From an uncultured Deinococcales bacterium (lineage in GTDB: Bacteria; Deinococcota; Deinococci; Deinococcales; JAAFIG01): a DNA stretch of 16,425 nucleotides. The stretch covers positions 1 to 16,425 of the forward strand of contig CAXTTL010000103.1 of NCBI GenBank assembly GCA_964247135.1, read 5' to 3'. Below, piece after piece: positions 1 through 9,531 of this stretch (positions within the stretch are counted from its first letter, which is position 1; every line of letters begins with the position of its first letter). The position numbers were made by a program, and so were the translations under genes. The notes beneath the pieces are model-generated. The model was not told where the DNA came from, searched no databases, and was given only the letters and a program-made list of their open reading frames with translations.

Positions 1-807
1 GTTGGGGATGGCGCGTTCAATGGTTGTGCGGTTCAGGGCATCTGGCACAACTTCGATCAGCTTGCGTGAAATTTGGCGTTTGACCACCTCGAGAATCACT
101 TTATCGACCACGAAATTATCTGGTGTGACCGTTCCACTGACCACGGTTTCACCCAAACCGAAACTCGAATCGATGACTATTTTGCTGCGATCCCCGTTGA
201 TCGGATTGAGCGTCATGGCGACCCCTGCCGTCCGAGCATTCACCATTTTTTGCACGCCGACCGCCATCAAGACTTTTTCGTGCGGGAAGCCATTGTCAAA
301 ACGGTAGGCGATGGCTCGAGCCGTGTAAAGACTCGCCCAGCATTGACGGGTGTGCTCGAGCACGGCGGCAACGCCAACGACATAGAGGTAGGTGTCCTGT
401 TGTCCTGCAAAGCTCGCACCTGGCAAGTCTTCGGCGGTGGCACTCGAGCGCACCGCCACAGGTGGTTCAATCAGGTTCAATCGGGCAGACAAGCTGAGGT
501 ATTCGCTTTCGATGGCTTGGGCGATCAACGCTGGCATTGGCGCGGTTTGGATCAGGTTGCGAATCTCCAAACTCACCCGGTCGAGCATGTCCGTGTCCGC
601 CGTGTTCAAGCCCTCGAGCGCCGCATGAATCTTTGGGTTTAAACCGTTCTGTGCCAGGTGCAAAACGAAAGCTTCGGTGGTGATGGCAAAACCGGGAGGC
701 ACGATGAAACCATTGCGGGTCAATTCGCCAAGGCTCGAGCATTTGCCACCGACCTGTGCCAGCATCGTCTGGTCACAAGCTTCAAAGGGCAGAACAAACG
801 GATTCAT
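1..807 (-). CDS. PEP/pyruvate-binding (PEP synthase/PPDK N-terminal, ATP-grasp) domain protein, CreI/phenylphosphate-synthase-subunit-like; 3' end runs off the window
   Basis: Absent from the ORF track because it has no stop in the window. Translated by hand from ATG 807: MNPFVLPFEACDQTMLAQVGGKCSSLGELTRNGFIVPPGFAITTEAF...VAVRSSATAEDLPGASFAGQQDTYL...CWASLYTARAIAYR...SSFGLGETVVSGTVTPDNF. These are all hallmark PEP-synthase N-domain motifs. The ATG overlaps the P450 stop (ATGA, 804-807). Confidence 0.92.
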   Translation of the reverse strand, partial: MNPFVLPFEACDQTMLAQVGGKCSSLGELTRNGFIVPPGFAITTEAFVLHLAQNGLNPKIHAALEGLNTADTDMLDRVSLEIRNLIQTAPMPALIAQAIESEYLSLSARLNLIEPPVAVRSSATAEDLPGASFAGQQDTYLYVVGVAAVLEHTRQCWASLYTARAIAYRFDNGFPHEKVLMAVGVQKMVNARTAGVAMTLNPINGDRSKIVIDSSFGLGETVVSGTVTPDNFVVDKVILEVVKRQISRKLIEVVPDALNRTTIERAIPN

Positions 808-2057
808 ACGACCTCCCAACTGACTTTGACGCTTGATGGTCCTCGAAACGAGGTGTTTGCCGAGAACTCAAATTCTTGCTCGAGCAACCGCAACCCTGGC
901 AGGCGTGCCGTCAATTCCTCGAGTACAATTTTTGCCTCGAGACGTGCCAACGGCGCACCGAGGCAGTAATGAATGCCCAAACCAAACGAAAGGTGCTCTT
1001 TGGCGTTACTTCGAGTGACATCCAAAGTCTCGCCATCTGCGAAGGTGCGCTCGTCGCGGTTGGTGCTGCCCAAAAGCATCAGGATGTTTGCGCCTTCGGG
1101 CAAATCCACTGTGCCAACCCGAGTTGGTTTTTTGACCTTGCGCCGCCAAGCAAAAACGCTCGGACCAAAACGCAGCAATTCTTCAACCGCGTTTGGAATT
1201 AAACCAGGGTTTGCGCAAAGTTTTTCCCATTGCTGGCGGTGGCGCAGCAATTCCATGATGCCGTTGCCCAACAAATTCGAGGTTGTCTCATGTCCAGCCG
1301 TGAGTTGTGTGTACACCAAGGAGGCAATCTCGTCTCGAGAAATCTCATGCTGACCGTCCTGGGCAAGCCGTGCCAGATCACCAGGCAGATCATCTTGCGG
1401 ATTTGCAAAACGAGCATCAACCAATGCCAGGCAGTAATTCCAGTAACGCACCAAATTGTGGGCGTGCTCGACCTGTGCGTTGATCGGCAAATCGCCAAAG
1501 TTGAGCATCACCCGAGATTGCGCCCAAGTTTTGACGTTCGGTACGTCCTGGTCTGGAATCCCGAGCAGCATGAAAATCACCAGCGCAGGCAAATCGTAAG
1601 CCAGTTGCGCCACCAAATCAGCCTGACCGTCATGCTCGAACGCTGCGATCATCTGCCGCACCAACTCCCGAATGCGCGGCTCGAGCAACGCAATCCGACG
1701 TGGCGTGAACGCCTTATTGATAAACGAACGCAACCGCGTGTGATCCGGCGGCTGCCGTGCCGACAAACCCGAACTCACACTAAAACCACCCTCCTCGAGC
1801 ACCCGCACCACCTCGGGCGGACGCGACTTGTACGGGGTTTGGGTGTTCTCGCTCGAGAAAGTCTGCGGGTCTTTAAAAATATCTTGCGCGTCCTGATACC
1901 GCGTCACAATCCAGTACCCAAGTTCTGGACTGAAAAACACCGGTTCTTCGGCACGGGCTTGTTTGTAAAACCCGAATGGATCGCGGGTGTCAAAGGGTTT
2001 GAATTCTTGGGCGGCATGGAATGGGCAACCAGCAGCCGAGGCGTCTCGAGCGGTCAT
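804..2057 (-). CDS. Cytochrome P450 (417 aa), CreJ/CYP288-like by context
   Basis: I-helix AGHETT, K-helix EELLR, heme motif FGLGIHYCLG. Start reassigned to ATG 2057 (MTARDASAAGCPFH), which has a GGAGG RBS at 2065-2069. The ORF-track extension to 2264 runs through promoter and repeat DNA. Confidence 0.95.
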   Translation of the reverse strand: MTARDASAAGCPFHAAQEFKPFDTRDPFGFYKQARAEEPVFFSPELGYWIVTRYQDAQDIFKDPQTFSSENTQTPYKSRPPEVVRVLEEGGFSVSSGLSARQPPDHTRLRSFINKAFTPRRIALLEPRIRELVRQMIAAFEHDGQADLVAQLAYDLPALVIFMLLGIPDQDVPNVKTWAQSRVMLNFGDLPINAQVEHAHNLVRYWNYCLALVDARFANPQDDLPGDLARLAQDGQHEISRDEIASLVYTQLTAGHETTSNLLGNGIMELLRHRQQWEKLCANPGLIPNAVEELLRFGPSVFAWRRKVKKPTRVGTVDLPEGANILMLLGSTNRDERTFADGETLDVTRSNAKEHLSFGLGIHYCLGAPLARLEAKIVLEELTARLPGLRLLEQEFEFSANTSFRGPSSVKVSWEVV

Positions 2058-2107
2058 GATTCTACCTCCGTGGGCTGAACAAGGGTTTGGGTTGTGAATC
2101 TTTCTCG

Positions 2108-2142
2108 AGTATACGCTTTGGACTTTGGTTTCTCTTTGGTTT
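2108..2142 (-). promoter_or_regulatory. Putative P450-operon promoter: TATACT -10 box plus tandem 9-bp direct repeat (candidate SARP operator)
   Basis: Minus-strand TATACT at 2113-2108. AAACCAAAG occurs twice (2142-2134 and 2131-2123; 11-bp period), covering the -35 position, where no consensus -35 is present. Confidence 0.55.
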
Positions 2143-2218
2143 TTAGGGTTATTCGCAAAGCAACCGCAGATTCGCAAACCAATGAACCAAACGATGTGTT
2201 GGTGTCTTCCCATCGCAA

Positions 2219-2321
2219 GGGTGAACACAAGCGACCATGCCCGCGAGGTGCATCTTATGGTCAAGAAGGTTCACCCCTACACGACAATGTTTTCTCGTAG
2301 GGGCGAAGCTTGTCTTCGCCC
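2219..2321. repeat. Inverted pair of GTAG-type REP hairpins (REPIN-like doublet); the left copy is interrupted by an insertion
   Basis: Left copy: GGGTGAAC (2219-2226)...GTTCACCC-CTAC (2269-2280). Right copy: GTAG-GGGCGAAG-CTTGT-CTTCGCCC (2297-2321). Spacer between them is 16 bp. Confidence 0.75.
2232..2265 (+). mobile_element. 34-bp small hairpin insertion element, copy A
   Basis: CGACCATGCCCGCGAGGTGCATCTTATGGTCAAG, flanked by AAG (2229-2231) and AAG (2266-2268). It is 31/34 identical to 13102-13135. Confidence 0.7.
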
Positions 2322-2374
2322 GCCAGGACACGAGTGTTGTGCTAAAACGCACGAAATTCGGACGCTACTTGATC

Positions 2375-3901
2375 TTATTTGTGACCTGTTATCAGCAACG
2401 ATTCATACAATCCCGTCACCGCACTCGAGGGTTCACCCATGCCAAAACGCTCGAGCGAATGCAGGTACAAACGGTATTGACGTTTCAGTGCATCTGGACG
2501 GTCGGCGGCGTGCAAGGACAGCATCTTTTCCTGGTGCGCGATTTCGCTGCACGGTTCGAGTCGCAAGGCTTTATCGGCGTAGGTCAGTGCCTCGCTCAGT
2601 TGCTGGGTTTGGCGGTACAGGGCGCTCAGGCTCGAGAGCATTTTGAGGTACATTTCTTTAAACCAGTATCGCCGTCCCCAGCACCAGTCAAATTCTTCGT
2701 TGGCGGCGTACTCGAGCGGAATGTCTGCCAGAAAATCTCCGCTGTACAGGCGCTCGGCAGCTTGGTACGAGACAATGCCTTCTTGTAAATCGCCGTCTTG
2801 CACCAGGGCATTGCCCTGATAGCAAAGTTGTTGAAACATCGGGTAATCGAGCCAGGTATGCTCTGGGACTGCCAGGTAGTAGCGTCCCGCCTCGAGCGTC
2901 AGGTAATCCGCGCCCTGAGCGTTGGGTTGCAGCACATGGCGCAGGCTGTTGACGGTGTGATGCAAGCGGTTTAAACCAAGCTTGATCTGCTTTGTGTTCG
3001 ACCACAGCAGGTCAACCAGTTCCTCGCTGGTCGCGCCCTGCTCACCGCGAAACAACAGGTAGGCGAACAAGGTTTTGATTTTACGGGTCGCGCCTTTTGG
3101 AACGCGCCATTCAAAACTCGAGCCGTCGGAACGGTAAACACGCAGCGCACCGAAACACCTGATCTTCCATTGACCTTCCAAACTGCCCGTCAAGATCAAG
3201 GGTTCTGGCGAATCGACATGATGCGTTTGGGTCAAGACCTCGCTCGAATGCGTCACACCCAGCGCCACGGTCTGGGCAAAACTTGGACTGATGCCCTCGA
3301 GCCAATGCCGAAATTGGGCGCGTTCGTCAAGGCGAGCCAGAATGCGCGGCGGTACAAAATGCGGATTGTCATGAAGTCCGTCGCTTGCCATCATGGCGGG
3401 ATGGGCGTAGATGCTCGAGAGCAATTGTGAATCGAGCAGCAAGTGCTGGTTGTACAAGCAGGCAAATGCCACTGGAAGCTCGAGCGTCAATTCGTGAATG
3501 GCTGCCTCGTACTCGCGCAGGTAGACCGCGCCTGAGGGTGTGCGAATCGCCCAAGTCATCTCGACCAGGAACAACACACCCTTAGCGCCCCCATCGAGCG
3601 CGGCGTTTAGCGCGTTGCGAAAGGCTGCCATGATTGGAGCAACCCGCACAGGTGCGTTCTGAAAACCATATTGACTCGAGAGGGCGATTGAAGGGGTACG
3701 TTCAACGGTTTGTTTTTTCCGTGCCAAAGGCTTGAAAGCCGATTGCAATCCCGCCTGAATACTCGCAACTGAGTGTTCATCTTGAATGTACACGCAACGC
3801 CAAGCTTGGGCTTGAAAAGTTTCAATCAAACCAGCACAATGCGCCCACGGGGGCGCGTGTTGATCGTAATAAATGGCGATGTGCCGACTCGTTTGATTCA
3901 T
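2375..3901 (-). CDS. Transcriptional regulator: N-terminal MEDS (DcmR-type) sensor + OmpR-like winged helix + BTAD (SARP family)
   Basis: N-terminal HIAIYYD...EMTWA...REYEAAIH...ACLYN...AHP...NPHFVPP is a MEDS-like pattern. C-terminal [10 protein letters not shown]...KTLFAYLL...EELVDLLW...[12 protein letters not shown] (wHTH) and LYSGDFL...[12 protein letters not shown] (BTAD). ATGA-coupled to the CoA-transferase stop at 3898-3901. Confidence 0.82.
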   Translation of the reverse strand: MNQTSRHIAIYYDQHAPPWAHCAGLIETFQAQAWRCVYIQDEHSVASIQAGLQSAFKPLARKKQTVERTPSIALSSQYGFQNAPVRVAPIMAAFRNALNAALDGGAKGVLFLVEMTWAIRTPSGAVYLREYEAAIHELTLELPVAFACLYNQHLLLDSQLLSSIYAHPAMMASDGLHDNPHFVPPRILARLDERAQFRHWLEGISPSFAQTVALGVTHSSEVLTQTHHVDSPEPLILTGSLEGQWKIRCFGALRVYRSDGSSFEWRVPKGATRKIKTLFAYLLFRGEQGATSEELVDLLWSNTKQIKLGLNRLHHTVNSLRHVLQPNAQGADYLTLEAGRYYLAVPEHTWLDYPMFQQLCYQGNALVQDGDLQEGIVSYQAAERLYSGDFLADIPLEYAANEEFDWCWGRRYWFKEMYLKMLSSLSALYRQTQQLSEALTYADKALRLEPCSEIAHQEKMLSLHAADRPDALKRQYRLYLHSLERFGMGEPSSAVTGLYESLLITGHK

Positions 3902-5241
3902 AGGCGTTCAACAAAATTTGCCCTGGTTTTGGCGCGGACTTCCTCGAGTGTCGCGCCTGGCATCAGTTCGGTCAAGGTCAGTTTGGAATCCAAAAATTCA
4001 AACACCGCCAAGTCCGTAATCACCATGTCCACCGAAGCTCGAGCCGTTAACGGCAGCACGCATTCAGGCACGATTTTGCTCGAGCCATCGCTGTTGGTGT
4101 GCGTCATGGTGATAATCAATTTCTTTGCGCCGCTCGCCAAATCCATCGCGCCACCAACACCCAACAAAGGCTTGCCAGGAACCGCCCAGTTTGCCAGGTT
4201 CGCCGCTTCGTCCACCTCGAGTCCACCCATGATGGCGACATCCACGTGCCGTCCTCGGATCATGGCAAACGATTCCGCACTGTCAAAATAGCTCGCGCCA
4301 GGCAAGGCGGTCACTGGAATCTTGCCCGCGTTGACCGGATACTCGAGCGCACCACCATCTTCTGGCGAGGGTCCAACGCCGAGCATTCCGTTTTCGGTGT
4401 GCAAAATAATGCCTTGCTCGGGCGTAATCAAATCTGCAACCAAAGTCGGAATGCCAATACCAAGGTTCACCACATCGCCGCGCCGCAACTCGAGCAGCGC
4501 CCGCCGTGCCATGTGCATTCGGGCATCGTCCACCTTTTTGATGCTCGCCTTGACCGATGCGCTCGAGCCGAGCAATTCCAGCGTGACATTTGCTTGGACC
4601 AAATAATCCACGAAAACACCAGGGGTATGAATGCTCTCAGGCTCGAGTTCACCCACTTCGACAACCTCTTCGACTTCAGCGATCACCAGATCGGCAGCGG
4701 TTGCCATTGCCCGATTGAAATTTTGTTCGGTCATGCGGTACACCAAATTACCCGCCGTGTCCGCCTTCCACGCCCGCACGAGTGCCACATGCCCCCGAAT
4801 CCCAGGCACGAGCACATGCGGCACACCCGCAAAGTCCCGAGTCTCGAGGTTGGCGGCAATCACCGTGCCTGCCGAAGTGGGCGTGAAAAATGCGGCAATT
4901 CCCGCTCCGCCCGCCCGCAATGCCTCAGCGAGCGAACCCTGCGGAATCAATTGCACCTCGAGCGCCCCAGATTGAGCGGCGGCAACCGCCTCTGGGTTGC
5001 TGGTGAAAAACGAACCGATTGCTTTTTTCAGTTGCCCGTTTCTCAGCAAACGCCCGCCACCCAAACCAGCCTCGCCAACGTTGTTGCCCACAAACGTCAA
5101 ATCTCGAGTTTGGGTTTCGGCAAGCGCGTGAACCAAATGGACTGGATGTCCGGTCATGCCAAAACCACCAACGAGAATCGTGTCGCCGTTTTTGACCAGT
5201 GCGGCGGCTTGTTGGGCTGTGATTTGTGGAACTTGTTTCAT
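3898..5241 (-). CDS. 3-oxoacid (probably 3-oxoadipate) CoA-transferase, fused A+B subunits (PcaI-PcaJ-like)
   Basis: A-subunit motifs [19 protein letters not shown] and NFN..MATAA; B-subunit motifs [13 protein letters not shown] (catalytic Glu) and GVGGAMDL. All lie in one 447-aa ORF in a pca context. Confidence 0.9.
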   Translation of the reverse strand: MKQVPQITAQQAAALVKNGDTILVGGFGMTGHPVHLVHALAETQTRDLTFVGNNVGEAGLGGGRLLRNGQLKKAIGSFFTSNPEAVAAAQSGALEVQLIPQGSLAEALRAGGAGIAAFFTPTSAGTVIAANLETRDFAGVPHVLVPGIRGHVALVRAWKADTAGNLVYRMTEQNFNRAMATAADLVIAEVEEVVEVGELEPESIHTPGVFVDYLVQANVTLELLGSSASVKASIKKVDDARMHMARRALLELRRGDVVNLGIGIPTLVADLITPEQGIILHTENGMLGVGPSPEDGGALEYPVNAGKIPVTALPGASYFDSAESFAMIRGRHVDVAIMGGLEVDEAANLANWAVPGKPLLGVGGAMDLASGAKKLIITMTHTNSDGSSKIVPECVLPLTARASVDMVITDLAVFEFLDSKLTLTELMPGATLEEVRAKTRANFVERL

Positions 5242-5311
5242 GATTCTCCAAAATTTTATGAAAGTAGAAAAGCTTTTGGTGCGTTACAACTCGAGCTAAG
5301 TTGCTCGCTCT

Positions 5312-5349
5312 CCTCTCATCCCCAACCCTTCTCTCCCAGGAGAGAAGGG
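5312..5349 (+). repeat. REP-like palindromic repeat (CCCTTCTC...GAGAAGGG family)
   Basis: CCTCTCATCCCCAA-CCCTTCTCTCC-CA-GGAGAGAAGGG; nearly identical to 8094-8134. Confidence 0.8.
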
Positions 5350-5421
5350 AGCTTTGGTTTTTTCTTGTGTGGCTGAGATGATGCTCGAGAAGAGGATGTT
5401 GGTTAAGCAAGCACAGATATT

Positions 5422-6690
5422 TTAGATTCGTTCGATGATTGCGGCTTCGCCTTGACCAATACCAACGCAAAGGGTTGCAAGTCCGTACCTCGAGCGTTCG
5501 CCAAGCTGGGCACGGCGCTGAAGTTCGTGAATCAAACTGGTAACAATTCGAGCACCAGAGCAACCCAACGGATGTCCGAGAGCAATTGCACCACCGTTGA
5601 CGTTGGTGATTGACTCATCAATCTCGAGTTCGCGCAGCACGGCTAAAGATTGCACCGCGAAGGCTTCGTTTAATTCAACCAAATCCAAATCCTCGAGTTC
5701 CAGGTTGGCTCGAGCCAAGGCTTTTGGTACGGCTTTGACGGGTCCCAAACCCATCACGCGAGGATCAACGCCTGCCGCCGCACCACTGACCCAGCGTGCC
5801 AGAGGTTTGATGCCCAACGCATCAGCGCGGGTTTCACTCATCAGCACCAGGGCGCTCGCACCGTCGTTCAGACCGCTCGAGTTGCCCGCCGTGACCGTGC
5901 CATTTTTGCGAAAGGCGGGTTTGAGTTTGGTAAGTTGCTCGAGGCTGGTGTCGAGTTCCAGACCGAGTTCGGTTTTTTTAAAGCGTGGGTATTCGTCGGT
6001 GTCAAAAATGATCGGGTCACCCTTGCGGGTTGGGATTGGCACACCGACAATCTCGCGTTTGAAATAACCCGCGTTCATGGCAAACACCGCCCGACGTTGA
6101 GACTCGAGTGCGAAGGCATCCTGTTGTTCACGGCTGATCTCGCCGCCCTTGATTTTGCCCTCCAGACTCATTTGGTAAATGTTCTCGGCGGTTTCACCCA
6201 TCGCCTCGAGTGGAAACAAGGCTTCCATCGCAGGGTTGGGAAAACGCCAACCGAGCGTCGTGTCATAGGCGGTGACATTGCCCGACGGACCAAAGGCAAT
6301 CGGGTTTTTGGGCATGGCATACGGCGCTCGGGTCATGCTTTCGACACCGCCAGCCACGAAAATCTCGCCCTCGCCACACCGAATGGCTCGAGCGGCTTGG
6401 TTGATCGCGGCAAGACCACTGGCGCACAAACGGTTGACGGTGATTCCTGCCACTGAATGCGGCAAACCCGCCAGCAATGCGCCCATGCGTGCCACGTTGC
6501 GGTTGTCCTCGCCGGCTTGGTTGGCGCAGCCAAAGACCACCTCTTCGATCTCGAGCGGATCAATTCCAGCGCGGCTCACGGCTTCACGAATCACGATGGC
6601 TGCCAGATCATCTGGACGCACGCTCGAGAGTCCACCGCGAATCGAAGCGATTGCCGTTCGCACGGCACTGACAATCACGACTTCATGCAC
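5422..6690 (-). CDS. pcaF: Beta-ketoadipyl-CoA thiolase (acetyl-CoA C-acyltransferase)
   Basis: Motifs [30 protein letters not shown] and LCVGIGQG. Likely start is GTG 6690 after AAAGGA, overlapping the pcaB stop. Confidence 0.88.
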   Translation of the reverse strand: MHEVVIVSAVRTAIASIRGGLSSVRPDDLAAIVIREAVSRAGIDPLEIEEVVFGCANQAGEDNRNVARMGALLAGLPHSVAGITVNRLCASGLAAINQAARAIRCGEGEIFVAGGVESMTRAPYAMPKNPIAFGPSGNVTAYDTTLGWRFPNPAMEALFPLEAMGETAENIYQMSLEGKIKGGEISREQQDAFALESQRRAVFAMNAGYFKREIVGVPIPTRKGDPIIFDTDEYPRFKKTELGLELDTSLEQLTKLKPAFRKNGTVTAGNSSGLNDGASALVLMSETRADALGIKPLARWVSGAAAGVDPRVMGLGPVKAVPKALARANLELEDLDLVELNEAFAVQSLAVLRELEIDESITNVNGGAIALGHPLGCSGARIVTSLIHELQRRAQLGERSRYGLATLCVGIGQGEAAIIERI

Positions 6691-8029
6691 GTTTGATCCT
6701 TTCTGCTGCCTCAAGGACACGATCAACAAACACGTCGCTCGAGCCGAGGGTGTTTGCTTCAGTCAGTGCGTCCCAATCAATTTTGGCACTCACTTGTTCT
6801 TTTGCCACATCAATCAAGTGGCGTTTGCTGGCAATGGCTTCTTGCGCAATTTTGGCGCTCAATTTTTTGGCGCTAGATTTATCCATAAAAGCCGCCAGCG
6901 CAAATGAAAGCGCCTCGGACAGCATCAAGCCCTGAGAAGCTTTGATATTCTCGAGCATTCTTGCTTGGTTGACCACCAAGTTTTCGCTTAAAAAAACAGT
7001 TTTCTCGAGCGCCCCCGAAGTTAAACCGATCATTTGCCCGAGCGTCAACCACTCGAGTTGCATTCCGTGCGTGCCGCGTTCATGCTCGTGAAGCATGGCT
7101 TGATGCACACCACCCAGTAAATTCGTGTTCATGCGGGCGGCAGTCAAAATAAGTTCGCTGATGACTGGGTTGGATTTTTGCGGCATGGTGCTCGAGCCGC
7201 CACGTGATGCGTCTGAAGATTCGCGCAACTCGGCAATTTCGGATTGTGCCAGCAGCAGCACGTCTTGCGCGATTTTGCCCAGACTGCCCGTGAGCATCGA
7301 AAGCCATCCCGCGAGTTCTGCCATGTTGTCGCGTTGCGTGTGCCATGCCATCAAAGGCAGGTTCAAATCAAGTTCGCTTGCCAGGGCGCTCAAAACATCA
7401 AAACCTCGATTTCCGAGCGCCGCCAACGTCCCAACCGCACCACCAAACTGCACGACCATGACCCGAGGCTCGAGTTCTTTCCAACGTGCATGATGACGAA
7501 TCAATGGCGTAAGCCAGGAAGCCACCTTAAAACCAAACGTGATCGGCAATGCCTGCTGCGTGTGCGTTCTGCCCGCTATGAGGCTGTGCTGATGCCGCCG
7601 AGCGAGGCTGGCAAAATTGGCAATCAAACGCTCGAGGTGTTGCACCATCATCTCGAGCGCGACTCGCAATTGCAAGACCCGCGCCGTGTCGAGAATGTCC
7701 TGCGTGGTCGCCCCAAAATGCACGAAATCAGCCGCCTCGTCCTGCGCCAGATGTTCACGCAATTGCCGCACAAGTTCGATCACCGGAAAACCATCGTTCT
7801 CAATCCCAGCTTTTAAGCCTTCAACATCAACCTCGAGCGTCCGTGTTGCCGCATCTATCGCATTTGCTGCCTCGAGTGGAATGACCCCAAGTTTGCCTTG
7901 CGCCCGTGCTAATGCCGCTTCAACCTCGAGCATGGTTTTGACATGAACCGCGTCCGAGAAGATTTTGGTCACTTCAGGGTCAGCAAAACTCGAACCGTAC
8001 AATTGCGAATCGAGCGCCGAGAACGCCAT
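6683..8029 (-). CDS. pcaB: 3-carboxy-cis,cis-muconate cycloisomerase
   Basis: Fumarase/adenylosuccinate-lyase superfamily motifs [22 protein letters not shown] and [12 protein letters not shown], in a pca context. Confidence 0.9.
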   Translation of the reverse strand: MAFSALDSQLYGSSFADPEVTKIFSDAVHVKTMLEVEAALARAQGKLGVIPLEAANAIDAATRTLEVDVEGLKAGIENDGFPVIELVRQLREHLAQDEAADFVHFGATTQDILDTARVLQLRVALEMMVQHLERLIANFASLARRHQHSLIAGRTHTQQALPITFGFKVASWLTPLIRHHARWKELEPRVMVVQFGGAVGTLAALGNRGFDVLSALASELDLNLPLMAWHTQRDNMAELAGWLSMLTGSLGKIAQDVLLLAQSEIAELRESSDASRGGSSTMPQKSNPVISELILTAARMNTNLLGGVHQAMLHEHERGTHGMQLEWLTLGQMIGLTSGALEKTVFLSENLVVNQARMLENIKASQGLMLSEALSFALAAFMDKSSAKKLSAKIAQEAIASKRHLIDVAKEQVSAKIDWDALTEANTLGSSDVFVDRVLEAAERIKRA

Positions 8030-8093
8030 TTAAGACACCATCCCAACAACTTGATTTTGCATTCCAGACTCAAAAAGCAGCAAGTTCCTGCTT

Positions 8094-8230
8094 CCCCTCT
8101 CATCCCCAACCCTTCTCTCCATCGGAGAGAAGGGTGTTTTGGCAACATCTTGAGATGCCAAAACATTACGTTCTAAACCCTCTCCCGCATATGCGGGAGA
8201 GGGTGGCGAGCTTGCTCGCCGGGTGAGGGC
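8094..8230. repeat. Composite REP/RIME-like cluster between pcaG and pcaB
   Basis: 8094-8134 is a copy of the 5312 repeat. 8135-8165 is a hairpin (TGTTTTGGC...GCCAAAACA). 8177-8204 is a perfect 28-bp palindrome ACCCTCTCCCGCATATGCGGGAGAGGGT, followed by GGCGAGC-TT-GCTCGCC-GGGTGAGGGC. Confidence 0.8.
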
Positions 8231-8249
8231 TTGATTTTGCCCCAATCTC

Positions 8250-8816
8250 TTAAACATCAAAAAACACCGTCTCGAGTTCGCCCTGCATGTGAATGTCAAA
8301 GCGATAGGTCGTGCCGTCTGTGGCATCCTCTCGGCTGGAAATCAAACTTTTTCGTCGTTGAGGATCGAGGGCGTTGAGTACAGGGTCGCTCGAGTTAGTG
8401 GTTTGATCGTTAAAGTAAATTCTGGTCACAAGATGAATCAGCAAACCGCGCATGAACAAGCGAACGTTGATGTGGGGTGTGGTGTCTCGAGCACCTGGTT
8501 TGATGGTGCGAAACCAGTACGCGCCGTTGACATCCGTCCCAGAACGTCCAAAGCCAGCAAAGTTGGGGTCAGCTTGGGCGTGTTGGGGGTCGGATTCGTG
8601 TTTGAAAATTCCTGCAGCGTCTGCCTGCCAAATCTCGAGCATCGCGTCTGGGATTGGTTGACCTTCGCCATCAAAAACCTGTCCGCGCAGCCAAATAAGC
8701 TCACCTCGAGTTTGCTCACTTACCATGATGTTTTCGCCATCCCGAATCAGGGCGTTATGAAAAAACGGTCCGACGGTTTGACTGGCGGTTTGTAAACTCG
8801 AGCCTTCAGTGTTCAT
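8250..8816 (-). CDS. pcaG: Protocatechuate 3,4-dioxygenase alpha subunit
   Basis: Motifs TASQTVGPFF, EIWQADAAG, TIKPG, PHIN...RGLL..L.TRIYF and YRFDIHMQGELETVFFDV. Start at ATG 8816. Confidence 0.94.
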   Translation of the reverse strand: MNTEGSSLQTASQTVGPFFHNALIRDGENIMVSEQTRGELIWLRGQVFDGEGQPIPDAMLEIWQADAAGIFKHESDPQHAQADPNFAGFGRSGTDVNGAYWFRTIKPGARDTTPHINVRLFMRGLLIHLVTRIYFNDQTTNSSDPVLNALDPQRRKSLISSREDATDGTTYRFDIHMQGELETVFFDV

Positions 8817-9531
8817 CGTCGTCTCCGTCTCGCTCGAAGGTGGTGGAAAGGCTTCCTGCGAGCACAATATCAAAGCGGTAGCCGAGCGCCCATTCTGGTG
8901 TTGTTAGCTCGAGGTCAAAATGCGAGATCAGGCGTGCTCGGGCGGCAGCATCAGGAATGCCGTTGTAAATCGGGTCAAATGGCAAGAGCGGATCGCCTGG
9001 GAAGAACATTTGTGTCACCATGCGCTCGAGAAAGTTGCGTCCAAAAACGCTGAAGTGAATGTGGGCGGGTCGCCAAGCGTTGTGGTGGTTGCGCCACGGG
9101 TACGCGCCCGGTTTGATCGTGGTGAAACGGTACGTGCCGTCATCGTCGGTCAGCACGCGCCCAGCCCCGCTAAAGTTTGGGTCGAGCGGCGCGGGATGTT
9201 GGTCGCGCAAGTGAATGTAACGCCCCGCAGCATTCGCCTGCCAAACCTCGAGCAGCGCATTTCGCACGGGTTTGCCGCGTTCATCAAGTACCCGTCCGGT
9301 CACGATAATTCTTTCACCCAAAGGTTCACCATTTTGAATAGCGTTACGTGTCAGGTCGTTGTCAAATTCTTGCAGGCTCGAGTGACCATACACCGGTCCG
9401 GTCAACTCGCTTAACGTATGCGCCAGCGGCACAAGCGCGTGATTTGGCGCTCGTTTGAGGCTCGAGGTGTAAGGCGGATGCAACAGCGCGGGTTGAATCC
9501 GCCAATCGAGGGTTTGAATCGTTTTGCTCAT
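8806..9531 (-). CDS. pcaH: Protocatechuate 3,4-dioxygenase beta subunit
   Basis: LSELTGP, WQANAAGRY.H and KPGAYPWRNHHNAWRPAHIHFS (Fe ligands). Start at ATG 9531 via ATGA overlap with pcaC. Confidence 0.95.
   Translation of the reverse strand: MSKTIQTLDWRIQPALLHPPYTSSLKRAPNHALVPLAHTLSELTGPVYGHSSLQEFDNDLTRNAIQNGEPLGERIIVTGRVLDERGKPVRNALLEVWQANAAGRYIHLRDQHPAPLDPNFSGAGRVLTDDDGTYRFTTIKPGAYPWRNHHNAWRPAHIHFSVFGRNFLERMVTQMFFPGDPLLPFDPIYNGIPDAAARARLISHFDLELTTPEWALGYRFDIVLAGSLSTTFERDGDDDEH

Noticed and set aside
1-807. Housekeeping ppsA or rifampicin phosphotransferase
   Set aside because: Not excluded by motifs alone, but coupling to a P450 beside pobA/pca favours an aryl-phosphate synthase subunit, so no gene symbol was assigned.
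2151-2178. ATTCGCAAA direct repeat (2151-2159, 2170-2178)
   Set aside because: The 19-bp period does not fit the helical phasing of the nearby repeat, and there is no independent support.
2058-2264. 69-aa N-terminal extension of the P450 in the ORF track
   Set aside because: It runs through promoter and REP/insertion DNA. A strong RBS precedes ATG 2057 and P450 similarity starts there.
4099-5376. 425-aa plus-strand ORF (also 1230-2078, 73-642, 10906-11505, 7244-7816)
   Set aside because: Antisense shadows of well-supported minus-strand genes, with no recognisable motifs.
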